From a virus, in the IMG/VR virus record IMGVR_UViG_3300045988_184255: a stretch of 64,000 nt of DNA; one strand, 5' to 3'. The position numbers and the translations under genes were made by a program. The notes beneath the pieces were generated by a model that made no database searches, was not told where the DNA came from, and was given only the letters and a program-made list of their open reading frames with translations. Every line of letters starts with the position of its first letter. The first letter of the stretch is position 1. Positions 18,784 to 27,254 of the stretch are shown piece after piece.

Positions 18784-19223
18784 GCACTTCTCAAACCACT
18801 TCCCTGCCGCTTGCTGCTGTCCGCATTAAAAATGCACGGCTGTCTCTGGAACTATCTCAGAGTCAGCTTGCAGAAAGGTGTGAGGTGACTCCACAGACCA
18901 TCTACAAGTATGAGTCTGGGCGAGTGGAGAATATCCCCCTGAAGACTTTGGAACGCTTCGCCGAGGTACTGGGCGTCTCCCCTGCTTATCTGGCGGGCTG
19001 GACGAACTCACCTGCCGGCACCAGCGTTCTGGATATTCAGGTACGAGGAGCCACTCTGCTCTGTGCCACCTGCCCCATCTGCGGAAGCCTGAAGTTCGGC
19101 CCGAAGCACGGAAGTGCCTATGGACCCGAAGCCCGTTGCTCCGACTGCGGTACAACATTCCGTCTCGATGCCGACCAGTTTCCTCTGAAGACTGTTCGGC
19201 TTGGTATGTCACTGCTGGCCTGA
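18780..19223 (+). CDS. XRE-family HTH regulator with C-terminal zinc ribbon (147 aa)
   Basis: LSQSQLAERCEVTPQTIYKYESGRVENIPLKTLERFAEVLGVSPAYL is an HTH_3 pattern; C-terminal CPICG...CSDCG. Confidence 0.7.
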   Translation: MSTSQTTSLPLAAVRIKNARLSLELSQSQLAERCEVTPQTIYKYESGRVENIPLKTLERFAEVLGVSPAYLAGWTNSPAGTSVLDIQVRGATLLCATCPICGSLKFGPKHGSAYGPEARCSDCGTTFRLDADQFPLKTVRLGMSLLA

Positions 19224-19255
19224 GCGCCAGCTTTTTGAAAGAAAGGAGAAAAAAC

Positions 19256-19681
19256 ATGACTATCACCCGTAATATTCCGATTCCCGACCCCAAGGCCACT
19301 ATCACTTTCGAAATCGAGCTGACCCGCAGCGAGCTGGAGACCGCGTATCGTGAACAGGAGCGATACTACCGGCTGATGGATGCGGAAGGCCAGCTCTGCA
19401 CATATCTGGGTTTCGATGTCAGTGACTTCGACCCCGATAACGAGGACGACGCCGAGAAGCTGGAGAGCTTCAAGGAAAAGTTCGGTGACACTGAGCCGGC
19501 ATCTCTGGTCGATGAGGAGTCTCCGAACTATGTGCTGAACGATATCGTCGCTCAGTTCGAGCACGATGCTGACTGCAACAATGACGTGAACTCCACGTGG
19601 CAGAACGCCGTCGAGAAAGTGCTGAACATCCTGCAGGCGCGTCTCAACTACGAGGCGGTCAGCGGCGGTGATGAGGCATGA
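19256..19681 (+). CDS. Acidic protein of unknown function (141 aa)
   Basis: RBS gaaagaaaggagaaaaaac then ATG. Confidence 0.6.
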   Translation: MTITRNIPIPDPKATITFEIELTRSELETAYREQERYYRLMDAEGQLCTYLGFDVSDFDPDNEDDAEKLESFKEKFGDTEPASLVDEESPNYVLNDIVAQFEHDADCNNDVNSTWQNAVEKVLNILQARLNYEAVSGGDEA

Positions 19682-19998
19682 GTATTCTGAGATTCCCTGA
19701 CAAGCGTTATCTCAAGAATGCCATTTGCGGCACTGTCACGTTGCTGCCCATTGCGGTGGTAGACCCGAAACCTTGTGTTGTCTCTGCGAGGCTGTACCCG
19801 CATCGCTATGATGGTGCGGCACTGTATCGTTATATCGTAGTGGATGCGGAGAACATCGGCATTATCTACGATGACGCGCAGGGGTACGGGTACAAGAACG
19901 CTGAGGCCGCAAAACGAGCGTTTTCACACAAGTATCGCGGAATGTATCCCTTTAACTATGTGTGGCCTCCCGTGCGGGAAGCCGAATTTTACGAATAA
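19678..19998 (+). CDS. Small protein (106 aa) with DDAQGYGY...AAK motif; paralog of 40487..40885
   Basis: ATGA overlap with the upstream gene; shared motif DDAQG[FY]GY(x4-5)AAK[RA][AY]. Confidence 0.5.
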   Translation: MSILRFPDKRYLKNAICGTVTLLPIAVVDPKPCVVSARLYPHRYDGAALYRYIVVDAENIGIIYDDAQGYGYKNAEAAKRAFSHKYRGMYPFNYVWPPVREAEFYE

Positions 19999-20059
19999 CA
20001 CAGAAGCCCCTGCGTCCTCTCTTTTTGGAGAGGACGCGGGGCTGAAAGGAGAAAAAACT

Positions 20060-20866
20060 ATGATAAGGACTGTTGAGATGCCTATTTTGCATCGTGAAAT
20101 CGCGGAGTTCCTCGACCCTCGCATCCATGAGGCTGCGCCGGGAACTCCGTCGTTTGCACTGCATGGTTTTCGCATCGACGACCGCGAGTATGTGATGGAC
20201 TGCCTGCCCACCGTGGGACTCATGGTGGGCTACCGCATCGTCGAGACCGGTGAACTGGTTTCAGCGCTGCAGTTCGACAAGGGTGTTTCTGAGGAAAAAC
20301 AGATTTTCCATGCGTTGCTGTTTGCACCTTGTGCGAAATATCTGGCGACGAAAAACTGCGTGTCTTCCCTGCCTGACGGGTCGTATGGTGATATTGAGTG
20401 CTTCTATATCATCTACAAAAACCCTGAGGCACGATGCTGGCTGCCTCGCTGTGAGACTCCTGTCATCGGGGCCGGCAATGCCGAGCAGCGATTCACGACA
20501 GAAGTGCGGCTGAATACGATGGATGGCTTTGTAAGCTATCTGTATTTCGATTTCACAACCCGTGGCTCTTGCGGTACAAACTTCTTCAACTCCGTCTGCG
20601 AGAACGTCCAGCGTATGCTGCGTGAGGATTGGGACGCTCTGGCTGCCACCGTACCCGCCGTTTCTTACGATGCGGGAAGTGAAATTCTGTCCATCCCCTT
20701 CTCGAATGTAAATGGCGATTATACGCTGATGGATTTCGAGAAGAAGTGGGCAGGGGCGCATGAGCTCACCTCACTGGTCACGTCGATTCGGCTGGTCAAA
20801 AACGACATCACACTGTATAAAGACAGTCGTTTCGATGCGCCGGAAGTGGAGGTCGTCCATGAGTAA
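20060..20866 (+). CDS. Protein of unknown function (268 aa)
   Basis: RBS gctgaaaggagaaaaaact then ATG; preceded by hairpin gaagcccctgcgtcctctctttttggagaggacgcggggctg. Confidence 0.6.
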   Translation: MIRTVEMPILHREIAEFLDPRIHEAAPGTPSFALHGFRIDDREYVMDCLPTVGLMVGYRIVETGELVSALQFDKGVSEEKQIFHALLFAPCAKYLATKNCVSSLPDGSYGDIECFYIIYKNPEARCWLPRCETPVIGAGNAEQRFTTEVRLNTMDGFVSYLYFDFTTRGSCGTNFFNSVCENVQRMLREDWDALAATVPAVSYDAGSEILSIPFSNVNGDYTLMDFEKKWAGAHELTSLVTSIRLVKNDITLYKDSRFDAPEVEVVHE

Positions 20867-21092
20867 GAAGGCTGATGACCGCGTATACAAAGTCAAAATC
20901 CAGCGGCCAATCTTTCCTCCCGATGCTCCGTTTCTGGCAATGAGCGAGTGCGGCTGCATCCAGCCGACACTTCTTCAGGCAACACCGGAGCTGAAGGGCC
21001 TGCTTGGGGAAAGGCTGAAGGTGTATTGTGATTGCAAAATCGTGGACACAAAACTTGTCATCCTGCGGGAACGCACGGGCGACAACTGGTGA
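20859..21092 (+). CDS. Small Cys-containing protein (77 aa)
   Basis: ATG overlaps the upstream stop by 8 nt (translational coupling). Confidence 0.45.
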   Translation: MSKKADDRVYKVKIQRPIFPPDAPFLAMSECGCIQPTLLQATPELKGLLGERLKVYCDCKIVDTKLVILRERTGDNW

Positions 21093-21104
21093 AAGGAGAA
21101 AGAT

Positions 21105-21689
21105 ATGGGACGTAAAGCAACTCGTTCCGCCGAAGAAATAGCCAAGGCAAAACGGGATATGTTCATCAGAACCGCCGAAAAGCGTGTCGGACGTATTCTG
21201 GACGGTCTGGATATGCTGGAGTGCCTGTCTACCCGTTATAGCGGGTACTACACTGAGGAACAGGTCAATGCCATGTTCAGTGCCATCCGCAAGAAGGTGG
21301 ATGAAGCCGAGAAGAGCTTCCGGACGAACGGGAAAACAAAGCTGTTTTCCTTTTCCGATGAATCCACTTCCTGCGGAGAGTTCAACCTCGAAGCCGGCGA
21401 GCGCATCGGTATCTCGTTGAAGGTCATCAATGACTGCAATATGAGCGTAGCACCCAATAAGCTGGAAGTTGAGACCTTCCCTGACGGCAGCGAACCGACT
21501 TACTATGAGCTATTCAACAGCGAAGGTATGCTTTGCTGCTGTGATGGCGAGGTCGTCACTGTGGTACGCACCGGCGTCGATAAAAATGGCGTCGAAGCTG
21601 CGTGGTTGTATGCCACTGACTCCAACGGTGAGACTGGGCCTGAGTTTTCTCTGCCCATTGAAGCTCTGAAGGTCGGCGTGTTCCGCTGA
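21105..21689 (+). CDS. Protein of unknown function (194 aa)
   Basis: RBS gtgaaaggagaaagat then ATG. Confidence 0.6.
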   Translation: MGRKATRSAEEIAKAKRDMFIRTAEKRVGRILDGLDMLECLSTRYSGYYTEEQVNAMFSAIRKKVDEAEKSFRTNGKTKLFSFSDESTSCGEFNLEAGERIGISLKVINDCNMSVAPNKLEVETFPDGSEPTYYELFNSEGMLCCCDGEVVTVVRTGVDKNGVEAAWLYATDSNGETGPEFSLPIEALKVGVFR

Positions 21690-21709
21690 AAAAGGAAAGG
21701 AGAAAAAGA

Positions 21710-23113
21710 ATGAATCATTTTTGCTACAACTCTCTATTCGGGTTTTCTGAGAAGAAGCTGAAAAAAATGGAAGACAACCACCGTATCGTAGTGGATGGCG
21801 ACCTCATCGACTCTGCAAAGGCATACGAAGACATTATGCAGAGTGATGTTTTCAGGCATATATCATGCCGATTCGTCCCGGAGGGCGATGTAAAAAATAA
21901 GAGGGGCATCAGAATATACGATAACGTTTTTCGGGCCTATGTAAAGGAACGCGGCTACGTGCTGCCTACTTCCGAGGCGAGCGACGTTTTCTTTGCCGAG
22001 GCTGAGAAGGGCGTTGTCGTGAATGTGACTGCCACGGAACTGGCGGAGCGCTATATTCGTGAACGGCTGCATCAGACCAAGGAAAAGCTCATTCCTTTGT
22101 CTATGCTTGAGCTTCACCTCCTGCTGGTCATGGGCATCTGCAGCATAAAGGACGGCAAGCCGTTTGGCAAGGACGGGAAGTGGCTGAATGGCTACATCAA
22201 TGTCTACAATGCTGCGACCTTCCCTGATTTGGTTTGCTACATCACCGGCAAGGATTGCAGAGTGGCGCCGTTTGCCTCGTACACATGGAACGAAATTCTC
22301 GCCGTGTGTGAAGGCAACAACAATCTGGCTGTTCGGGTATTCAACGCGCTTCGGGAGGATGCGACACACTCATGGACTCCTGAGGGAGTCGTTGCTTTCT
22401 TCACCGATTTAGGCATGGAGGACAGTGCCGGTGAGGATGACGACGAGGACAACCTCATCCACGTGGAGAAGCACTACGAGGTCTCTGACGGTCTGGCGAA
22501 GGCACTCGGTTACAAGGGCGACCTGTTCACCATGGACGTTGCGGATTTCAACCGTGTCTCTTCGCGGCTGGGGAACCTGCACTGCCTCGTCGAAGCCATC
22601 CCTGAAATCATCCATGACAGAGACTTCAGCCGGTTTTCTTCCATGAGCATGAACGGCTACTGGAACGTGCTTCTGAATTTGGCGCTGACCAATCTCATTG
22701 AGGACCTGCGTATCCATGCTATTGCACGTAACTCCGATACTGGCGTTGTCATTGATGTCGATGGCAAGAAGCAGGAAGTCACTGGCGGCAAGAATACCTC
22801 CAAGGAGGAGTCATCGGAAAGTGAAGCCTTCTGGGACTTCAAGACCATTTGGCTGTACTGCCGAACGGCTGATTTTGCCAAGTCAAAGGACCGTGAGATG
22901 TTGCGGACTCTTTGGGACAATATGGTTGAGGACCAGCACATCGTTCCAAAGAGCGCTGAGTACAAGCTGCTGCTTGTTAAGCTCTGGGGCATCTTGAATG
23001 CCGAAGAAACCGATGGACATATCACTGCCGGCAATCGCCCCACTCTTATCCGCAATCGTTTTTTCGGATTCTGGGATGATTTTGCCAAGTTCATGGGTGA
23101 GCATCTTTCCTGA
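21710..23113 (+). CDS. Protein of unknown function (467 aa)
   Basis: RBS aaaaggaaaggagaaaaaga then ATG. Confidence 0.6.
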   Translation: MNHFCYNSLFGFSEKKLKKMEDNHRIVVDGDLIDSAKAYEDIMQSDVFRHISCRFVPEGDVKNKRGIRIYDNVFRAYVKERGYVLPTSEASDVFFAEAEKGVVVNVTATELAERYIRERLHQTKEKLIPLSMLELHLLLVMGICSIKDGKPFGKDGKWLNGYINVYNAATFPDLVCYITGKDCRVAPFASYTWNEILAVCEGNNNLAVRVFNALREDATHSWTPEGVVAFFTDLGMEDSAGEDDDEDNLIHVEKHYEVSDGLAKALGYKGDLFTMDVADFNRVSSRLGNLHCLVEAIPEIIHDRDFSRFSSMSMNGYWNVLLNLALTNLIEDLRIHAIARNSDTGVVIDVDGKKQEVTGGKNTSKEESSESEAFWDFKTIWLYCRTADFAKSKDREMLRTLWDNMVEDQHIVPKSAEYKLLLVKLWGILNAEETDGHITAGNRPTLIRNRFFGFWDDFAKFMGEHLS

Positions 23114-23148
23114 AAACTTTTCACAGCAAAGCACTGATTTTTCCACTA

Positions 23149-23180
23149 AGAAAAGCTCCTTCGGGGGCTTTTCTTTTTTT
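23149..23180 (+). terminator. Rho-independent terminator (gaaaagctccttcgggggcttttctttttttctc)
   Basis: ttcg-loop hairpin plus T-run. Confidence 0.7.
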
Positions 23181-23267
23181 CTCAATTTTTGCTGAATTTG
23201 AAAGAAAGAAAACGCTCGAAAATGGCTTGGTTATGCGGTTTTCATGGACTATGTTTGTTCCTGTTCT

Positions 23268-23379
23268 CCCGACTAAAATCTCAAATTTTTATTCGGTTTT
23301 TCCCGACTAAAGTTTAGTTCTTATAACTCTGATTTCCCGACTAAAATTGCAATTTGAAAATTCGGAAATCCCGACTAAA
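23268..23379 (+). repeat. Four direct iterons CCCGACTAAA (starts 23268, 23302, 23336, 23370) at exact 34 bp periodicity; ttcgg motif upstream of copies 2 and 4 (tattcgg / aattcgg)
   Basis: Found by direct counting in the noncoding gap between the terminator and cassette 5. Confidence 0.7.
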
Positions 23380-23427
23380 ATCAAAAAACAGTGCAAATGT
23401 AATAAACGCAATTTGGTGCCTAAAATG

Positions 23428-23563
23428 ATTGACAAAATATCAAACTGTGGTAGTATAGAATTATAATTACGAAGCTATTTTTATAAAGGAGATTATCTCC
23501 GTTTTCCAAGTCACCACATAAATTCAGACAGTTATCCCAATCTTGGGGTAGCTGTCTTTTTTT
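23428..23563 (+). promoter_or_regulatory. Cassette copy 5 (promoter plus leader hairpins; lacks the ttcccgtaagtcct pre-RBS motif)
   Basis: Repeat of the cassette. Confidence 0.75.
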
Positions 23564-23607
23564 ATATATTTATTGCATTTTTCGACAACAAAGAAAGGAG
23601 AAACACC

Positions 23608-23790
23608 ATGAAGTACAAGAAGCTCACCAAACATGAGCGAGACACGCACCCGTCCATTCACTGTACGGGCAGCGTGCGCGGCATGAAGGAACGTGGGTTG
23701 TGGGACAAGGATGCCGAGTGTGTTCGCTGCGGCAACCACATCTACAACCTGTCCGTTACCATCCCGCCCTACCCTGCTGATGGCTGCTGA
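23608..23790 (+). CDS. Small Cys-containing protein (60 aa)
   Basis: RBS aaagaaaggagaaacacc then ATG. Confidence 0.45.
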   Translation: MKYKKLTKHERDTHPSIHCTGSVRGMKERGLWDKDAECVRCGNHIYNLSVTIPPYPADGC

Positions 23791-23823
23791 TGCAATCGAC
23801 TTCAAAAGAAAGGAGAAATTATT

Positions 23824-24129
23824 ATGAATACATCTACGCTGCATTTCATCGACTGCACTCTGTCCACGTATCGGAACGAGCTGCTGTTCAACCCTTCCAA
23901 CAAGATGCCTGCCCGTGAGGTCAACGACGCACTGAGCAAGCTACTGGAGCTGCCGGAGGTCTGCGGTAAGGTGCGCGATACCCTGACCACCCACCTGAAC
24001 GACCGGCGTGGCTATGCCCGTGATTTGAGCAAGCCCGCGCCCACTGTCGCCGAGGTGATTACGTCCATGGAGTTCGCACTGGGTGCCGCATATGCGGCAG
24101 CAATGAAGAAGAGAGGTGAGCAGAAGTGA
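23824..24129 (+). CDS. Small protein (101 aa), unknown
   Basis: RBS aaaagaaaggagaaattatt then ATG. Confidence 0.55.
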   Translation: MNTSTLHFIDCTLSTYRNELLFNPSNKMPAREVNDALSKLLELPEVCGKVRDTLTTHLNDRRGYARDLSKPAPTVAEVITSMEFALGAAYAAAMKKRGEQK

Positions 24130-24335
24130 GTAAGCATCGTTGGACTATCGAGGAACTGAAGAACGTCAATGACGCTCAGTTCGCTATGGCGATTCTGATG
24201 GAACGCCGCAGTGAGTTATCGAATCCCTACACCCCGTTCGCACAGCGCCTTACCAGCGTCATCAATACGCTGACGGACATGGCTGTGGATGGCGGGCTGA
24301 CAGACGAAGAAAGGAGTAAGAACAATGGCCGCTGA
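24126..24335 (+). CDS. Small protein (69 aa) whose C-terminal 34 aa tail is duplicated at the end of the next gene
   Basis: GTG start overlapping the upstream stop; the tail YTPFAQRLTSVINTLTDMAVDGGLTDEERSKNNG recurs at 24670..24777. Confidence 0.45.
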   Translation: MSKHRWTIEELKNVNDAQFAMAILMERRSELSNPYTPFAQRLTSVINTLTDMAVDGGLTDEERSKNNGR

Positions 24336-24777
24336 AATGAGACTTTACCGCGTAACGGTTATCGGCAGCAATGCCGAAAGGAAGCGCGGAAAAGTGGTGG
24401 AAGAGGTCACAGTCAAGGTCGGAACCAAGTGGCTGACGGACGATAACGGTCGGCGTTACTACAAGGTGCCGCTTGAGGACGCAAACCGAAACCTCTACTT
24501 CCAGCTCAACACCATGTACTGCATGGACTACCGGCTGTATCAGACAGAGCAGGCCGCCAAGGATTACCTTCGGCAAGCGGAACTGCGTGTGGCGCTTTGC
24601 AAGGCGGTGAGCAATTTCGGCTTCAACGCTCCCCTGCCTGTGCTGGAGAAGGTCATGGATACGCTGAAATACACCCCGTTCGCACAGCGTCTCACCAGCG
24701 TCTTCAATACGCTGACGGACATGGCTGTGGATGGCGGGTTGACGGACGAAGAAAGGAGCAAGAACAATGGCTGTTGA
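24325..24777 (+). CDS. Protein (150 aa), first copy of a tandem duplicate pair
   Basis: ATG embedded in the upstream gene tail (aacaATGgccgctgaaatgag); N-terminal MAAEMRLYRVTVIGSNAERKRGKVVEEVTVKVGTKWLTD. Confidence 0.55.
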   Translation: MAAEMRLYRVTVIGSNAERKRGKVVEEVTVKVGTKWLTDDNGRRYYKVPLEDANRNLYFQLNTMYCMDYRLYQTEQAAKDYLRQAELRVALCKAVSNFGFNAPLPVLEKVMDTLKYTPFAQRLTSVFNTLTDMAVDGGLTDEERSKNNGC

Positions 24778-25135
24778 GATGAGACTCTACCGCGTGCCTA
24801 TTATCGGTAGTAATGCCGAACGGCGGCACGGAAAGGTGGTGGATGAGGTCACGGTCAAGGTTGGAACCAAGTGGCTGACAGACAATAGAGACTGTCGATA
24901 CTACAAGGCTCCTTCCGAAGATGCGAACAGAAATCCCTATTTCCAGCAGAACTCCATGTACTGGAGTACAGATTACCGGCTGTATCAGACGGAACAGGCT
25001 GCCAAGGACTATCACCATCAGGCGGAATTGCTCATAGCTCTTCGCAGAGCCGTTGGCGACTTCGGCTTCAACGCCCCGTTGACCGTGCTGGAGAAGGTCA
25101 TGGACACTCTCAAGGAAGGCGGATGCTTGAAATGA
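24767..25135 (+). CDS. Protein (122 aa), second copy of the tandem duplicate (MAVEMRLYRVPIIGSNAERRHGKVVDEVTVKVGTKWLTD)
   Basis: Same junction sequence as the upstream copy; about 70 percent identical. Confidence 0.55.
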   Translation: MAVEMRLYRVPIIGSNAERRHGKVVDEVTVKVGTKWLTDNRDCRYYKAPSEDANRNPYFQQNSMYWSTDYRLYQTEQAAKDYHHQAELLIALRRAVGDFGFNAPLTVLEKVMDTLKEGGCLK

Positions 25136-25911
25136 GTACAAAAATCTTTGACGCTTGGCGTATCAACTCTACCGACATCGGGGAGTTGGTCAAGCTCGGC
25201 AATGAGATTCGGGAAGTGCAGCAGAAGTCCTTCGTGGACGCTGTCTACAACTCGCTCGATTTCTGCCAGCTCGCTATCATCTTCGCCAAAAGGTCTGTAG
25301 AGAATGTCGAGGAACTCAGGCCTGTTTTTGCGTCAATCGCCGCGAACGTCGTTCACAAGTGTGTTCTGATGTACGACTGGACGCCGTCTTTCACGATGAC
25401 GGATAACGCCAAAAGCTCTGCGGAACAGATTCTGCAGAAGGAGGCTCAGAAACGGAAGATTTCATTGACAGTAGAGCAGAAGAAAAATTTGCTCGACGTT
25501 ATCACTGAAATCTACGAAATCGTCTCCCGTGATTGGCAGGCGTCACTGCTGTTCCTCAGGGGCGATAATGGCAGTACCTACATGAAAGGGTTCAATCTCA
25601 CCAGAGAAGCGACCCATTTCATCGACTCCCAATATCCCCGCTTTGAGTACACCGACCAGACGGAGATGAATATTTCAGACTTCAACGAGTACACACGGCA
25701 GTACATTGACGCTGCAAAGACGGAAGAAGAACGCTATGAGAGGCTCTTGGAGGCCCAGCACGAACGTGGAGAACTGTGGGACAAAGCATTCGCAGGCCAA
25801 AGTGTATGGCGCGATGCCGGTCTCTCCATCTCCCTTGTGCCGGCACAGCTTCAGGAACAGTTCGTGGCTATTCATTCCATCTGCAAAAAGGTGTTCGGTG
25901 TCGAAGCCTGA
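25132..25911 (+). CDS. Protein of unknown function (about 260 aa)
   Basis: ATG 25132, 13 nt after aaggaagg; the ORF could alternatively start at 25123. Confidence 0.5.
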   Translation: MSTKIFDAWRINSTDIGELVKLGNEIREVQQKSFVDAVYNSLDFCQLAIIFAKRSVENVEELRPVFASIAANVVHKCVLMYDWTPSFTMTDNAKSSAEQILQKEAQKRKISLTVEQKKNLLDVITEIYEIVSRDWQASLLFLRGDNGSTYMKGFNLTREATHFIDSQYPRFEYTDQTEMNISDFNEYTRQYIDAAKTEEERYERLLEAQHERGELWDKAFAGQSVWRDAGLSISLVPAQLQEQFVAIHSICKKVFGVEA

Positions 25912-25935
25912 CGAAAAAAAGAAAGGAGAAAAATC

Positions 25936-26577
25936 ATGGAGAATAACCAAAAAAACGCTGCGGAGGTCAAGACCAGCGTCCCTGACCTGATTCCGTCCAA
26001 CTACCGCGAAAAGGCAGAAGCACTGGGCTGGGTCATCGACGAGGACAAGGTCTGTGGTGTGTTCACGTTCAGGCAGTGGTCGCCTGCCGGCGAGGACTAT
26101 TCCTTCGACCTGTACGCCGACGATGACTTCTGCGACGGTGTGGCTGCTGCGGTGCGCCGTGTCTACGATGACTTTGACATCGACGAACACGTTGGACTGT
26201 TCGCAGAGGCTTCTATGAGAGGTGAGTCCGGCGTTCCGAAGCTGTCGATTCTTGTCGATGACGCTAAGGAAATCGACGAGATGCTTCTCACGCTCGCCGA
26301 AGCGTTTGAAGACATCGAATCTGATACATCAGAGCGGGAGCAGAAGGCATATACCCGCTGCTGCCCCAACTGTGGTGGCGTATCTTTCTCTGGTCATCAG
26401 GTCCTCCACATTGATGTGTTGGTTGACATCGAAACGGGAGATTTCCTCGGAAATATCAACGACGAAATCGAATCTAACATCTACGAGTCGTCTGACCCCT
26501 ACGGTCCATATCACTGCATGACCTGCGGATTTGAATGCGACAACCTTTCCGAGCTGGAAAAGAGCGAGGTGGAGTAA
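25936..26577 (+). CDS. Acidic protein with C-terminal zinc ribbon (213 aa)
   Basis: RBS aaaaagaaaggagaaaaatc then ATG; CCPNCGG...CMTCGFEC. Confidence 0.6.
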   Translation: MENNQKNAAEVKTSVPDLIPSNYREKAEALGWVIDEDKVCGVFTFRQWSPAGEDYSFDLYADDDFCDGVAAAVRRVYDDFDIDEHVGLFAEASMRGESGVPKLSILVDDAKEIDEMLLTLAEAFEDIESDTSEREQKAYTRCCPNCGGVSFSGHQVLHIDVLVDIETGDFLGNINDEIESNIYESSDPYGPYHCMTCGFECDNLSELEKSEVE

Positions 26578-26582
26578 CTCTA

Positions 26583-26744
26583 ATGTCGATTATTCTTTAC
26601 TTCGCACTGACCATTCTCGTGATGTGCGGCATATTCCTTGGCATAAGGAGACTGGACACACAGGACCTCTTGCCGCCAATCATCTGCAGCGTTTCTGTGG
26701 GCGTTATTATGGTGGAACTGTTCGCCCTTGTTCGGTGGTATTAA
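26583..26744 (+). CDS. Possible small hydrophobic peptide (53 aa)
   Basis: Hydrophobic ORF following gaggtggag. Confidence 0.3.
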   Translation: MSIILYFALTILVMCGIFLGIRRLDTQDLLPPIICSVSVGVIMVELFALVRWY

Positions 26745-26767
26745 CGGAGGTGAAGGACGTGTTCAAA

Positions 26768-26935
26768 ATGCTGACGAACCCCTTGTTTATAGCCTATGTC
26801 GTTCTTATCATCGCCGCAATGGTCGTCTCAGTCATAGCCGCAAAAAAATCAGACCAGCCAGAAATGCTTCCGGCTGCCTTTGGTACTATTGCGCTCACCA
26901 TCGTTTTGGTTATTGTAGCGGTCATAACCGGTTAA
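26768..26935 (+). CDS. Possible small membrane peptide (55 aa)
   Basis: RBS ggaggtgaaggacgtgttcaaa then ATG; TM-like sequence IAYVVLIIAAMVVSVIAA...IALTIVLVIVAVI. Confidence 0.35.
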   Translation: MLTNPLFIAYVVLIIAAMVVSVIAAKKSDQPEMLPAAFGTIALTIVLVIVAVITG

Positions 26936-27003
26936 ATTAAAGCCAGCGGGAGGGGCGCTCTGCCTCTCCCCTGCTTAAAAAAGAAAAGGAAGGAGATATT
27001 CGA

Positions 27004-27222
27004 ATGGCATACAGCATTGCTGAAATCGCGGCCATCAAAGCGGAGTATCCCGCAGGCACAAGAATCAGACTGAAACACATGGACGAAAGCAAGTTTCCTG
27101 TGGCAGACGGCACGACCGGTAAAGTCACTTATGTGGACGATAACGGCCAGATTCATATGCGTTGGGATAATGGCCGCACGCTGCCGCTCGTTCCGGGCGT
27201 CGATGATTTCGACAAAATCTGA
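27004..27222 (+). CDS. DUF4314-like small protein (72 aa)
   Basis: Pattern G(T/K)VTYVDDNGQIHMRWDNGRTLPLVPGVDDF matches the DUF4314 family as I recall it; RBS aaaaggaaggagatattcga. Confidence 0.5.
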   Translation: MAYSIAEIAAIKAEYPAGTRIRLKHMDESKFPVADGTTGKVTYVDDNGQIHMRWDNGRTLPLVPGVDDFDKI

Positions 27223-27254
27223 GCTGTTTTTTTCAAAAAGAAAGGAGAAAAATT

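Noticed and set aside
23268-23379. Possible CRISPR array
   Set aside because: The repeats are only 10 bp with 24 bp spacers, there are only four copies, and no cas genes are present. Iterons or a binding-site array fit better.
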